Shown: piece after piece, positions 36,999 through 49,599 of the stretch | Position numbering within the stretch: the first letter of the stretch is position 1 | How the letters are laid out: each line of letters opens with the position of its first letter | Assembly: GCA_043228905.1 (NCBI GenBank) | Contig: JBHGNT010000003.1 | Span: 12,958,001-13,022,000, forward strand | Reading direction: 5' to 3' | Source: Azolla caroliniana | Taxonomy: Eukaryota; Plantae; Polypodiophyta | DNA: 64,000 nt | Translations under genes and position numbers: made by a program | Notes under the pieces: model-generated | Database searches by the model: none | What the model saw: only the letters and a program-made list of their open reading frames with translations | What the model was told of the DNA's origin: nothing

Positions 36999-39900
36999 AC
37001 ACTCTAAGACTAGATTGGAACCGTGCACCTCTAGCTTGTAGTCAATGTGACTATCCACTAGCCCACTAACTCTCTCTTATTCAATATATAATTCTAGCTC
37101 TATAAATTTATAGCCTGTCTCCCCTCTACCTTTTATCTCTCCTCTCTCTTACTTTTTGTACGAGCTTCTATACCTCCTTTTCACCCTTTCTTTTCTTTTT
37201 TTTTATTTTGCATATGCATAATTAATCGCTTTTGTGTGCACACACATTGCACATGCACATTTTTTACCCCCCCTTTCGCCGGTTTTTTCCACCCTCAAGC
37301 ACGCCACATCACGACATCCACCCCCACCAAACCGCACATCCTCCGGTATGTGCCAAGAATGGCGGGTTGAGGGTGGTTAATAGTTCATTTCCTCCTCCTC
37401 ATTGACCCTGTGGCTTGTTGTTTGCTCGACTTTATCTTCGTCAAGGTCATCAAGGTTTGGCTCTTTGTCGTGTCACTTTTTGAAGATTTTGACCTGCTTC
37501 TCGGCTATTGGTACTGCCAGCTTAGTCCCATCGAGTTCAGCGAGGTAGTAGGTAGCATTATCATTTTCCCTCGTTACCACGTACTGCTCGAACCATCGCT
37601 ATGCGAATTTCCACATCGAGCTATGTTGATTGTCAAGACTACTATCATATACAATCACCTAGTCTCCTTCTTTGATCTTCCGAGGGCGTAGTCGGTTGTC
37701 TTGACGAATCAGGCTTTGTTACTTAGCCTAGCCGCTTCTAACCTCTCCTTTGCCAACTCCAAGTCTTCGGGTCTTCTCTCAAGTTGCCTTATCCTTGCGG
37801 CTAGAAGCTCTTCTCGACTCATCTCGTTTTCCCACAGCATCGCTACCCATGAAGCGATCGTGTCTTCAATGGGCATCACCGGCTTTTGTCCGTACATGAG
37901 TTCAGCTGGCATGAAACCTATAACTGAGCTATGAGTTGTTCTATCGGCCCACAAGGCATAAGGTAGTAACCGAGGACAATTCCCGACTCGCCCATCACAA
38001 GCTCGTACAATGGCTTTCACGATAGGCCCGTGTCCGCGTTCTATCTTTCCATTAGCCTCCGGGTTATAAGCGGTCGTGAGAGAGAGCTTCACTCCAAGTC
38101 GGTCAAAGAGCTCTATAGCTTCGTGAGCGTTCAGCTCTCCTCTATCGGCCACTATCTTTCCCACACATCCATACCGACAGATGACATCCTCGAGTAAGAA
38201 TTTACACACCCCCGCCGTCGTTTTGTTTGCTAAGGCTCACCCTTCTACTTGGTTTGTTAGGTCTTCTCTTGCTAGCACCAAATATTTCATTTGGCCCACT
38301 CCCATCGGCATCGAAACCAAATCCACCATCCATTTGAAGTGTATGGTGAGTGGGTAGGTCGGGTGCAACTCGTCCCTATGGCGTATGTTGGAGTGTATCT
38401 GGCAACTTTCACACGTCCCCACGAAATGGGCGACATCCTTATACATTCCCGGCCACCAATACTTCTCCTTTAACTTCTCGAATGTTGCCCACGTTCCTCT
38501 ATGGCCCGCCCAAGGACTCTCGTCGAATTCAGACACCAATGTTGTCTGGTCCTCTTCCTTTATGACCACTCGTTGTGGCGTCCCCGTCCTTCTCTTCGGG
38601 TGACTCCAAAGGAATCCCCCTTGTAGGAAGTACTTGTACGCTTTCTTTCGAACCCTCTGTGCTTCCTGCTTCGACCATGAACTATCCACCGTCATTGAGC
38701 TTAAGACCTTGCCAATGTGTAGCCACTCCCCTTCGTATTCACTTTCGTTGAAGGCGTGGAGTACTCGCACATCTTGATCATCTATAGACACTTGGGCCGT
38801 CTTAAAGAAGTCAAGAGCGACATCCTCATCTTCAGACACCATGTCGCTTTCGCCCTCGAACCTTGCCCTCGATAGCATATCTACCATGACATTGTTCTTC
38901 CCTGAAATGTGGTGAATCTCCGGGTTCATTGATTTGATGTAAGCAATCCATCTTAGCATAGCTAGGTCAGGTGTTGCACACCCCGAAACCATCCCTAGGA
39001 TTGGAAGGCAATCCGTCTCTATTACCACCTCTGACCCGATTAGGTAATCTTTATCCGCCTTCACTGAGGACACAATACCCCAAAGCTCATGTTTTACATG
39101 GGCGTATCCTCATTGTCGCTCGCTTAAGACCCTGGCTCTGAACCGGATGGCATAGCTTGTACCATCCTCTCCTTCTTGGTTGATGACCCATCCGATCCCT
39201 GTTGGACTCGTATCTACCGTCATGTAGATGGGCACCCCTTCCTTGTATACGGCTTTTTGTAAAGCTAGTGCCGCTACCAACATTCCTTTGAGCCTCTTCA
39301 TTGCCTCTGTGTGCTCTTCCTCCCACTTGAACTTCCGCCCCTTCTTAAGTAGCCCATACAAGGGCTCGGTTAGGTGAGCATAGTGCGGGATCCAGATGTG
39401 GTAGAATGCACAAGCACCAAGAAATCGCCTCACCTCTGTTTGCGATTTACATTCTTCCCTCATATCTGTGATGGTGTCCACCTTTGCCAGGGACGGCTTC
39501 CGTCCGTACGCCCTGCACAAGTGTCCCACCACAAGGATCTCCGGTTGGCTGAATGCCGATTTCTCACCTGAGAAGGTCAAGCGTGCATCTTCGAGTATTT
39601 GTAGAACCTTCTTGCAATCAAGATGTGATATGCCACAAAACGTCTGCACCCATACTCGTCCAAGGTTTCATCTTTCTCCGCTTCAAAGCACCCTTTTATG
39701 GGGATGTCATCAAGGAACGGCATGGTGATGTCGGGGATGCAATCTCTCAATACCTTGTTCATTGCATTTACCATGTGGGCTATAGAGTTAGTGCCTCCTT
39801 GTGGCAAGGTACACATTCGCACTAGGCCGATCGGGGTCTGCATCGTCGTGATGTCCCTACTCTCCACAGCTAGTTGGAATTGATCATACCCCGAGAATAG

Positions 39901-42035
39901 ATCACCGATCGAATAAATAGACCTTCCAGCGAAGGCCTCGGCGAATTCGTCAACGCTTGGTCCGACCCCGGCATTTCGAATTGTCACTTGATTAACAGGT
40001 TGTAGGTCTTGGATGAAGCGTAATGTGTCGTTCTTCTTTGGCACAGTGAACCATTAATTCGAGTATGGGGCGATTGATGGATCGAGGATACCCATCTCGA
40101 TCTTTTCCTTGAGTAGCTCAATCAACTTCGGGATGTGAGCTCTCGGAACGAGGATTGGCTTGATGTTCCACGGTACATGCGGCACCGTAAAGATCACCAT
40201 TGGCTCCATGATCTTAGGGTTTACACACCCTATCTCACCCGACGAGAAGGCGAAAGCCCTTCCGTGGCTTTCGATCATCCTTCTAAATCTTTCCTCCTCC
40301 CTAGGCAATAGGAAGCCACCCCCACCAACCCGGAGCTTCTGTCGCGTCTCGTCGGTGAACTAGTGCACTATGCCTCGTGGGTCCCGCAACCTAGGATCAG
40401 CCGCTACCCCCTTTATCTGATCCAAACTATCGTTAGGCAAAGGGCAGCCACAGGCTTCACCTTCTTGTCCACGGTCTTGTACTTTGTTTGCACCTTGACC
40501 GTCCTCGCTTCCGCAATCAACCGCCCAAGCTCTTCGATGGCGGTGTACATGTCAACTGAGTTGACTGGAATTACCTTGTCTTTATTGAGGCCCGAAACTA
40601 CTACCCTCTCCATCTCTCTGAGAGTGTCGTCAAACGAGACCGCCTCCATGGCGCCGCTTATGGTGTCATCTTCCCCCAATAAATTACATTGTTTGAGATA
40701 CCTTTCGTATCTCTTGGCCCTAGACTTATCTCTATCACTTAAACTAGTAATTTTACAAGCTCCATTTTCGGAGAACCAAAATTGTTTCCTATTACATTTA
40801 ATAGTTTTACAAGGGTTTAGGGTCTTAGTTTGCCTCAGGCTATTGTGGCCCCACTCTTTAATAGCCCGATTCAAAAATCCTCTCAGTTATCCCCTTTGAG
40901 GGAGGCTCGATTGCGCTCATGGTTGGGCCTCACTGTAAGGAATTGGACCGAATGCTTCCCATCTTGGCTCTTGACCCTCGCATATGCCAACCTGTTGTCT
41001 AGCATCTTCGTCTCCATGCGAGCCGCCGTGATGTATGGTTCACCCAAGATGACTGGGTCCCAGGACGTCTCTTGAACAAAGAAATGTTGATCTATTTCTA
41101 CGTCCCCCACCTTCACACGTACATTCGGGCAAGCCTCGTATAGCTCCTCGGTTGCTCAGGTCGCTGCTCTAATCTTCCACCCGTGCTTCGGGTTGATCGG
41201 CCACTTTCCCTTTTTATAAAATTCCATGCACATAAGGTTGATCTCAGAGCCATGGTCGATCAATGCTACCACCGGTTGTTTTACATCTCCGACCCGTACA
41301 GGCGTCTCCGTTGTCGCTCTCAACCAATGCGGCCTCGTGTAGTGACTGTCCGCATAGTCTTCGTCTTCCTCGGGGACCTCAGTTGACAATGCATTTACAA
41401 TTGCGGGTTTTGCCACTTCTTGCTCTGTTGAGAGCCACTTCCTCTTCATTAGGTCGATGATGACCTCGTGGAATTCTTTCTTGGCAATTCCGAGGACCTC
41501 TTGCAGAGTAAACTCTACGCGACTATCGAGGATCCTCTCCTCCACTACCTTCTTCAAGTCCGTTGCTTGTTCGATCTCCGAGCAAAGCTTGAAGTTGGGG
41601 GGGTTCCCCTTCTCTTTCCATCTCTCATCACGTGCTTGAGACTGGTTGGGCTCTTCCCTTCTTCGTGCACCTCAAGCGTCGTATTTCCTTGATGGACCGG
41701 CTCTCTCGTCATTTCCTACCTTCTTCTCTTCTACCATTACTTCGTAGTTTTGGCAAGCGGCTTCTACTAAGCCTGTCTTTTCTTCCACCGGATCCTTCCA
41801 CCCGGTTGCTTCTTGAATCCTTCTTTCCGCTTCGTCCGCTTCTTCTCTTTTGAACTCCCCCTTAGAGAGGCTTCCAAGGATTGATAGCCAAAAGTCAAAA
41901 TCTTTCTCCTCTTGCCTCCTCACCTCTTTCCCCACTCGGATCCCAACCGACGCCGAGTAGTGGACGGCTTCGACATGTCGTGCTTCGGCCTCCTTCATTA
42001 GCCTTCTCATGCCCCCTTGGTCTTGATTCAATCCC
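36999..42035 (-). mobile_element. Gypsy element of the same lineage as 7147-20574: partial 3' LTR (edge 37316), PPT, INT, RH, RT, PR, gag end; 5'-truncated
   Basis: GGTGGGGGTGGA|TGTCGTG; ALIDHGSEIN, PFLDDIPIKG, ESPWAGHRG, IVADRGE. Confidence 0.9.
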
Positions 42036-42404
42036 TGTCGTGAACTACAACGTTCCTTATGCACAACACTCGGCCACAACCGAGATTCTTTTCATACACA
42101 GAAAAAAAGGGAAGTAAATGCACGACGCAAAAGGAGAGAAAAGTACACAGGATGTTTACATGGAAACCCAAACTAGGGAAAAACCACGGCAGCCCACAGG
42201 CTGCAAACTATCACTATGCTAGAATGTACAACAGTGAGTTCGGCCTCTAATGGCCTACCGGTTACAATTTGATGCGGCTCTTGGTTCCAAATACCGATCC
42301 GGATACCTATCCGGTTCTCCATTTCGGATACCAATCCGTCTCCGGCTTATTCAATCGATGTGGATTCGATTCAACTTGTCCGCTGAACATTTCTTCACAT
42401 AACA
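42036..42404 (-). mobile_element. Isolated LTR related to the Tork-like Copia LTRs, no TSD
   Basis: TG...AACA ends; GGAAAAACCACGGCAGCCCACAGGCTGCAAACT shared with 14548-14582. Flanks ATCCC and AGTGA differ. Confidence 0.7.
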
Positions 42405-42730
42405 AGTGAGTTGTAGCTGGCTCGAGACTAAGTCTCCACAACCTCCATAGTCACAATCAGTTATTTGAAGCATAAGTTCTCTATACTTAGAAATGGAACT
42501 CTTGAGTCTTCCCGACTCTTGAGTTAAATTTCTCCATTCGTCTCTTAATTTAGTGGTTCATTCCAAGGAATGAAATACTCCCTTATTCGTTGTTTGAAAT
42601 CCTCCCAATCGTCAAACGGTTCTTTCTACTCCCAAAACGAACCAATTATAGGCATCACCTTTGACATATCAAATCACTACCTTTGCCCACGCTCTTTGCT
42701 TCACTCGATTTTGCTCTAAGAAGCACTCGA
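42405..42730 (-). pseudogene. Decayed Gypsy-type gag fragment
   Basis: Minus-strand reading gives VKGDAYNWF and KLRDEWRNLTQ...SKYRELMLQITD with frameshifts. Confidence 0.45.
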
Positions 42731-42747
42731 CATCATGGTTGTTTACG

Positions 42748-43520
42748 TACATGTATTTAACGTTTAAATACGTATAGTACCTCATAATTTGTATAGTATG
42801 TACTATACCTCAATGTTGTTCAGTCAAATATCATGTACATCTGTCTAATACAGTATTTAACATACAGTTGAAAAAATAGGTATAATACGTATTTATAAAA
42901 AAAATGTAAGTAAAACCCCAACAAAAAGCAAAAGAAAAAAAAGATTTTAGTGGAAAAGAAGCAAAAAGAAGGAAGAACAGAAGAACAGAAGAGATGACGA
43001 CGAAGAAGAAGAAGAAGAAAAAGAGAGAAAAGAAGACAGAAACTTGTCCTGACTTGGAGTGTGATATTCACAGAAGATAGAAGAAGAAAAAGAGAGAAAA
43101 GAAGACAGAAACGTATCCTAAGTGTGATAATCGTAGATGATTCCTCAATCTATGAAGGCATAATCATAAATAATTACAATTTGAAGTAGGACATCCTGAT
43201 ACACACTTACACTGATTTATAGAATATGTGAATGTCGACATCCATATTATAAGTATTTTAGGATGTGAAATGTTCAAATGTCTTATATGCATTTTAGGAT
43301 GTAGAACTAAAATGTACATCACAAAATTGTGTAAACATGGATGCTTTTTACAATATTTCAAATACTTTTTAGAAAGGTAAATAATTTTCAAATTCTAGAA
43401 GTATTTAATGTACTATACGTAAAATACATATTTTATAAGTATTTAACATATTCAAAAACGTATTTAACGTATTTTTTAATTAGGAGGTACTATATGCGTA
43501 TTAATACGTTATATAAGTAT
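42748..43520. mobile_element. Possible non-autonomous TIR element (MITE/MULE-like), AT-rich
   Basis: Imperfect inverted repeats TACGTATAGTACCTCATAATT (about 42769-42789) and AATTAGGAGGTACTATATGCGTA (about 43478-43500); no TSD identified. Confidence 0.45.
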
Positions 43521-43973
43521 GGTATCCGTACCGTATCTAACTTACCTAACAACCTTGCTCCACATCACGGATCCACTTGGTTAGCACCAAGGACTACTTC
43601 GTGCCAACGTACTCCCTCCAGGGTATTGGCTTGTAGCTTTCCAAGTCATCCTCCTTGTCCATCCTTTCTCTTTGGCTCCTACTTGGTGAGTTTTCCCCCA
43701 TCGATTTCTCCAAGAGAATCTTTGCCAACTTGCCCAAAGCGATCTCCACCACATTTGCTCCCTTTGGTGGTTCCTCCATGACTTCCTATTCCGATTCTGT
43801 CCGACTCTTCTCATCACTATCTCTTTCCTTGATCAGCTTCTCCCGCTTCAGCATGGCATCTTTTCCCAAGCTCATGTTCTGCTCTGATACGAAGTGTTGT
43901 ATCCCCAAAATATGGGGGTCTTGAAATGCAAGGAAATCATGGTTGGGAGAGACAAGAATGGAGACAAAAGTTT

Positions 43974-44010
<37 letters not shown>

Positions 44011-44020
44011 GTAAGGTTAC

Positions 44021-44443
44021 AACAGTCCCAAAGTTGGGACAAACAAAGGATAATGACAGGCTAGAGTGTGCCAACTTACAATGAGAGAGAGTAGAGATCT
44101 GAAATCAGGAACCATAAAAAATGAGGGGGTCCTTATATAAGTCAAGATATGGCCATTGGGAGCTAGTTGTTGGCACTGGAATTCCCAAGCCAAGAGGGTG
44201 CTTTTCATGTAGTAGGGTTTTGCGACTTCATCTATTCGTGATTCCCAACTCAAATTGGGACTGCGCGTTGATCAGTACTGTCCCATCTCAAGTTGGAACT
44301 ACGTGTGCTTGTCCCAACTTAGTTCACATCTTCTTGGGACCATCCCAACTTGGATCACGGCTCTTTGGGATCGTCCCAACTGCTTTTGGGGCTGCTCGGT
44401 TCGTCCTGACTCACTTTGGGGTCAATTTTTAGATGGGACTGTT
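44021..44443. mobile_element. Possible small TIR element with many TCCCAA/TTGGGA motifs
   Basis: AACAGTCCCA ... TGGGACTGTT is a perfect 10-bp inverted pair. Confidence 0.4.
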
Positions 44444-44643
44444 TTAGTGCACCACACTTCGCACCATAATGCGAAAATCCTATTAGTAATTCCCTTAGAG
44501 GCCAGGGAAATTTTGGTATTTGAGTCATCTTTATTCAAGGTGTGCTTACATCAAGAGGATGGTTCTATCAAACATTGAATATTTCTATCAGGAATCAATC
44601 CATTAAAAAACGCCAGTTGACTTCCATACTTCATTCTTACCTC

Positions 44644-47600
44644 TCAATGAATAAATTCAGCTTGTTTTGCAGCTGCTGCATAGATGTTTTCCATACAAAC
44701 ATAGATAGGAGCACAATTATCATCCAATCGTAATGATTGTTCAAATGCCCATTTTCCAAGCTTCACGTTATTCCATTTTCTACAAGCACCCAATGTTGTC
44801 AGGAATAATGGCAGATGGCCAAAATGTGAAACCTTATCGAGCAACACTTCAGCCTTCCCAAAGTGTCCTGCACGGCCAAACATATCAACCATACATGTAT
44901 AATGTTCTAGCAGAGGAGAGAGACCATACACAAAACACATTTCATTAAACAACATTTCTCCTTGCTCCACTAAACCAGCATGACTACATGCGCTCAGCAA
45001 GATAATGAAAGTAATCAAATTCGGCACAATACATTCATTTATCGTCATTCTTCTATACAGGCGTAAAACCACATCGGCATGACCTGAATTAGCATATCCA
45101 GCTATAAGGGCAGTCCAAGACACAACATTTTGCACTGGAAGCTCCTCGAACACTTCTCTTGCTTTCTCCAGTCTACCACACTTGGAGTACATGTCTACCA
45201 ATGCAGTGCCAAGAAAAAAATCATTATACAATAATCCGTGGTTTCTAATCTCAGCATTTATTTTTTCCCCAATCACCAGAGACCCCACACTGCCACATGC
45301 CTTCAAAAGGCTAACATAAGTAATTGCATCTGGAGAGACCCCAGCAACTTGCATCTTTTTGAAGCATTGCAATGCTCCATCACCAAGCCCATTTTGGGCA
45401 TATCCAGTTATTATGATATTCCAAGTCACAAGATTTTTAATCAGCATCTGTTCAAATACTTCTTGTGCTTTCTGCAGCACACCACACTTGCAATACATAT
45501 CCACTAATGCATTGCCAAGCTCGACATTTTGCTGCAACAACCCTTGCTTCCTGACCTTGGCATCTATATCTTCCCCGAGTGTTATAGATCCTACAATACC
45601 ACAAGCTTTCAACATGCACACGTAAGTTACCACATCTGGTTGGACTCCTTCATCGTGCATAATCGCAAAGCATTTCAAGGCTTCATTACCAAGTCCATAT
45701 TGGATATATCCCCTGATTAGGGAATTCCAAGATACAACATTCCGAACTGGAATTTGCTCCAATATTCTTTGTGCTTTCTCCAATGCACCACACTTAGAAT
45801 ACATGTCTACAAATGCAATGGCTAGAATGATGTGTTTCTGCAATAATCCTTGCCTTCTAACATCATATTCTATATCTTCCCCAATCTCTACGCATCCCAT
45901 AATTCCGCAAGCCTTCAAAACAGAAACATAGGTTACTACATTTGGACAAATTCCTGCATCTTGCATTTTCCTGAAGCATTTCAAAGCTTCATCTCCTAGC
46001 CCATGTTGAGCATATCCCATAACTAGGGTACTCCAGGAAACAACATTCTGCAATGGAAGCTGCTCAAATAATTCTTGTGCTTTTCCCAATGCACCACACT
46101 TCGCATACATGTCTACCAATGCATTGCCAAGCACAACATTGTTTTGCAATGAGCCATTTCTCCTGACCTTAACATCTATATCTTCCCCACACTGTAGACA
46201 TCCCATCATGGCACAGCATTTCAGAAGAGAGACAAAAGTTACCACATTTGGTGGAACGCCAGAATCTTGCATCTGTTTGAAGCATTTCAAAGCTTCATTA
46301 CCGAGCCTATTCCGTGCATATCCAGCAATTAATGCACTCCAAGACACAACATTTTGCACTGGAAGCTGTTCCAGTACTTCTCGTGCTTTCTCCAAAGCAC
46401 CGCACTTGGAATACATATCAACCAATGCATTGCCAAGCACAACATCTTTATGCAATAACCCTTGCTTTTCAACTTGAGCATGTATACCTTCCCCAATCTC
46501 TAAAGACCCTGAATTGGCACAAGCTTTCAGGATACAGATATAGGTGACTGAATTTGGACAAACACCTGCATCTTCCATCTTTCTAAAGCATTCTAATGCT
46601 TTTGCAATGAGCCCATTTTGAGCATGTCCAGTGATCAAAGCATTCCAGGAAACAACATTTTGAACTGGAAGACTTTCAAATACATTTTGTGCTTTCTGTA
46701 ATGCATTGCATTTGGAATACATGTCCACCAAGGCAGTGCCCAATATAACATCATTTCGCAATAGCCCTCGCTTTCTCACTTCGTTGTGTATCTGTTCCCC
46801 AATATGTAGAGCCTTCACAATGGCACAAGCCTTCAAAACACAAACATAAGTTACTGCATCTGGATGAAATCCTGTAACCTGCATCTGTCTAAAGCATTTC
46901 AATGCATCCTCACCCTGCTCATGTTGGACATATCCAGATATGAGTGCATTCCATGAGACAACATTCCGTAATTGAAGCTGCTCAAACACTTCTCGTGCTC
47001 TTTCCAATGCACCACACTTTGAATACATGTCTACCAAGGCAGTGCCAATCACAACATCTTTCTCCAATAATCCTTGCTTCCTCACCTCGGCATCTATATC
47101 TTTCCCAATCTCTAGACACCCCACAATGCCACAAGATTTCAAAATGCAAGCATAAGTTACTGCATTCGGGGAGACTCCTGCATCTCGCATCTGTTTGAAG
47201 CATTTTATTGCTTCATGACCAAGCCCATGTTGGGCATATCCAGCGATTAAGGCACTCCAGGAGACAACATTCCGCACCTGAATTTGTTCAAACACTTCTC
47301 TTGCTTTCTCCAACGCACCGCACTTGGCATACATGTCCACCAATGCCGTGCCAAGCACAACATCTTTCTTAAGGAGCCCCTGGTTTCTGACCGTTGCATC
47401 TATATCTTCCCCAATTTCTAAAGATCCAACAATCCCACAAGCTTTCAAAATGCTTATGTATGTTATTGAATCTGGTGTTACACCAACTTCAGCCATCTCT
47501 CTGAAGCATTCTAATGCCTCATTACCAAGTCCATTTTGGGCATAACCAGAAATCAAGGCATTCCAAGACACAACACTCCGGACTGGCATCTTCTCGAATA

Positions 47601-47883
47601 CCTCCCGTGCTTCTTTCAAAATGCCACATCGAGCATATGTCGTAATCAGTGTAGTGGAAATATAAACATCCTTTGGAATTATGTTTCTCTCTGCAACATA
47701 TTCATGTATCAATCTTGTCTTTGAGATGTTGTTTTCTTTTTGGCATAATTTTAATGCTTTCAAAACTGAAATTCTGTCATAAAACTGCAATGTGGGCAAC
47801 ATGTTACCATCACCTAGTTTATATATATCGTACTGTTTTATTGTTCGTTTATGCCTGAAATCAATGGATCGCAATGTTAGCAT
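44644..47883 (-). CDS. PLS-class pentatricopeptide repeat protein with E1 and truncated E2, no DYW; likely organellar RNA-editing or RNA-binding factor
   Basis: Uninterrupted 1079-aa ORF with 8 P1-L1-S1 triplets (VVSWNALI / VTYVCILKAC / LGTALVDMYSKCG) plus P2-L2-S2 (LSACSHAGLV, EHYTCMVDMFGRAG) and an E-like LGACRKWNNVKLGKWAFE. The true N-terminus is uncertain. Confidence 0.96.
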   Translation of the reverse strand: MLTLRSIDFRHKRTIKQYDIYKLGDGNMLPTLQFYDRISVLKALKLCQKENNISKTRLIHEYVAERNIIPKDVYISTTLITTYARCGILKEAREVFEKMPVRSVVSWNALISGYAQNGLGNEALECFREMAEVGVTPDSITYISILKACGIVGSLEIGEDIDATVRNQGLLKKDVVLGTALVDMYAKCGALEKAREVFEQIQVRNVVSWSALIAGYAQHGLGHEAIKCFKQMRDAGVSPNAVTYACILKSCGIVGCLEIGKDIDAEVRKQGLLEKDVVIGTALVDMYSKCGALERAREVFEQLQLRNVVSWNALISGYVQHEQGEDALKCFRQMQVTGFHPDAVTYVCVLKACAIVKALHIGEQIHNEVRKRGLLRNDVILGTALVDMYSKCNALQKAQNVFESLPVQNVVSWNALITGHAQNGLIAKALECFRKMEDAGVCPNSVTYICILKACANSGSLEIGEGIHAQVEKQGLLHKDVVLGNALVDMYSKCGALEKAREVLEQLPVQNVVSWSALIAGYARNRLGNEALKCFKQMQDSGVPPNVVTFVSLLKCCAMMGCLQCGEDIDVKVRRNGSLQNNVVLGNALVDMYAKCGALGKAQELFEQLPLQNVVSWSTLVMGYAQHGLGDEALKCFRKMQDAGICPNVVTYVSVLKACGIMGCVEIGEDIEYDVRRQGLLQKHIILAIAFVDMYSKCGALEKAQRILEQIPVRNVVSWNSLIRGYIQYGLGNEALKCFAIMHDEGVQPDVVTYVCMLKACGIVGSITLGEDIDAKVRKQGLLQQNVELGNALVDMYCKCGVLQKAQEVFEQMLIKNLVTWNIIITGYAQNGLGDGALQCFKKMQVAGVSPDAITYVSLLKACGSVGSLVIGEKINAEIRNHGLLYNDFFLGTALVDMYSKCGRLEKAREVFEELPVQNVVSWTALIAGYANSGHADVVLRLYRRMTINECIVPNLITFIILLSACSHAGLVEQGEMLFNEMCFVYGLSPLLEHYTCMVDMFGRAGHFGKAEVLLDKVSHFGHLPLFLTTLGACRKWNNVKLGKWAFEQSLRLDDNCAPIYVCMENIYAAAAKQAEFIH

Positions 47884-49599
47884 AGCTTGAATACAATATG
47901 TGTTTCACATCATCAGAAAAACAGATATTAGCGAGAAGCTCCTTCATGTTTTACCAAGTTCATTTGGTAGTCGAAGAATTGAGAGGGATCCAAGCCAGGA
48001 CATGTCGTATTGCGTCTTCTTTCTCAATGAGAAAATCCAGATCTTCATTATTTCCCCCCAAATATGGGCCTGGGTTTTTGTTGGTCTACCCCATGCTATC
48101 TATCATATGGTATGGTTGTGTGATGTTCGATCGCTTTAGATCAAATTATATGCACTCCCTTTTTCTCAACAGTAATTGGGCCATTTCAGCAATCTCTCTA
48201 TCATATGCTATGGTTGGTTGGTTAGGTTAAAGGAAAGCAGTCAAAAGAAAGAAAAAAAGATATATTAATGTCTTCTAAGACCAAAATTGGCCCATGAGAC
48301 AATTGGTTTACAATATAACGGGGTGTGTACCCAATCATCGAAAATAAAAGTAAAATAAAACAGTGTACAAACGTGTTATGGTGTAACATATTCTATAAAG
48401 GAAATGTTTTGTGCAAGGCCTAGTTTTATTTCCATCCAAGTCTCTCGAAAAGGAGCGAGAGGTCAACGGGTTTTGATGTGGGTGTGCCTCGTGGCCCCAA
48501 TGTAAAAGGTACCCCAACCATACCTTCTAGATGATATAACTCACGTTCCCTTATCTTCATAATTGCTTCTACACCACGAGTTACTTTGAGGCCCGGCATC
48601 CGAGGGCGTTTGGTTGTTCTTTTGTTTTCTGCTTCAGCAAGGGAGAGGCCTAGTGGTGCAAGTGTGTCTACATTTAACATCTCCCCTTGTCCTTAAAACA
48701 TTTCATTGGTTACATGTTGGTGAATATTAGAAGGGTTATGGTTAACACTCTGTGGCTTATTCTCTCTATGTTGTTTTAGCTCTAAGATATATCTACCTAG
48801 TTTCCTTATATCGAGGGTATCTAGTACTTTAAAGAGGGTGGGAGAGGATCCTAGTATGTCTTGAAAATTTATTTCAACCCCTCTATCCATTTTGAATTAC
48901 CATAATACCTTTACATTTCTGAAAAGAAAAATTGCTAACAATTCCCATGAATTACTCTCACAATTTATAGACTAGTGTTTTTTGGTAACCTAGGAGGTCG
49001 ACATGGTTTAGAGAGAGGTGGGAATTCGCATCTTAATGATAGATTTGAAATTGCCCTATTGATCATCTCATGTAGATGTTACCGATTAGGAACACGGTCT
49101 ACAATCAATCCTTCGACCTAGACCTCAAAGTGACTGTGTTGCAACGAATGGTACCGTCGTAGCGTAATACTTAATGGGATACCTCCCATATCCTAGTAGC
49201 GTATAAGGGAGACGACTACAACCGAACTCCTTAGACAATGGACTAGTAACCACACTGTCACTCACGCCTACGCTCTTACAATTACGCTACGCCACCAAGA
49301 ATCACAGACACACAGTAGATTAACCACAGATACGCACAGGGATCAGAGAAGATAGAACTCTATTAATATATGCTTTCTGCATTCAAAATTACACACTACC
49401 TCTATCAGAGGATTTCTGCCCTTTATATACACGGGACAGGGTCTTTTAGCCGTTCACGCTTCCCGCGTGAACCATTTACATGCGTTACGTTTTTACTATA
49501 TTCTATATTTCTGTGCTTCGGTCTGTCGGTTATTATTCCGGCGGACAACACCTGGCACGCCTGTGGGACAGTGCCATGGCACGTCGAACCCACCCCTTT

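Noticed and set aside
43550-43920. Possible LINE ORF1 remnant (also 48426-48890)
   Set aside because: Too short and degenerate to support without a search.
43974-44009. (AT)n(AG)n microsatellite, and (CT)n tracts at 14686, 21587 and 56633
   Set aside because: Ordinary simple repeats, mostly within LTRs.
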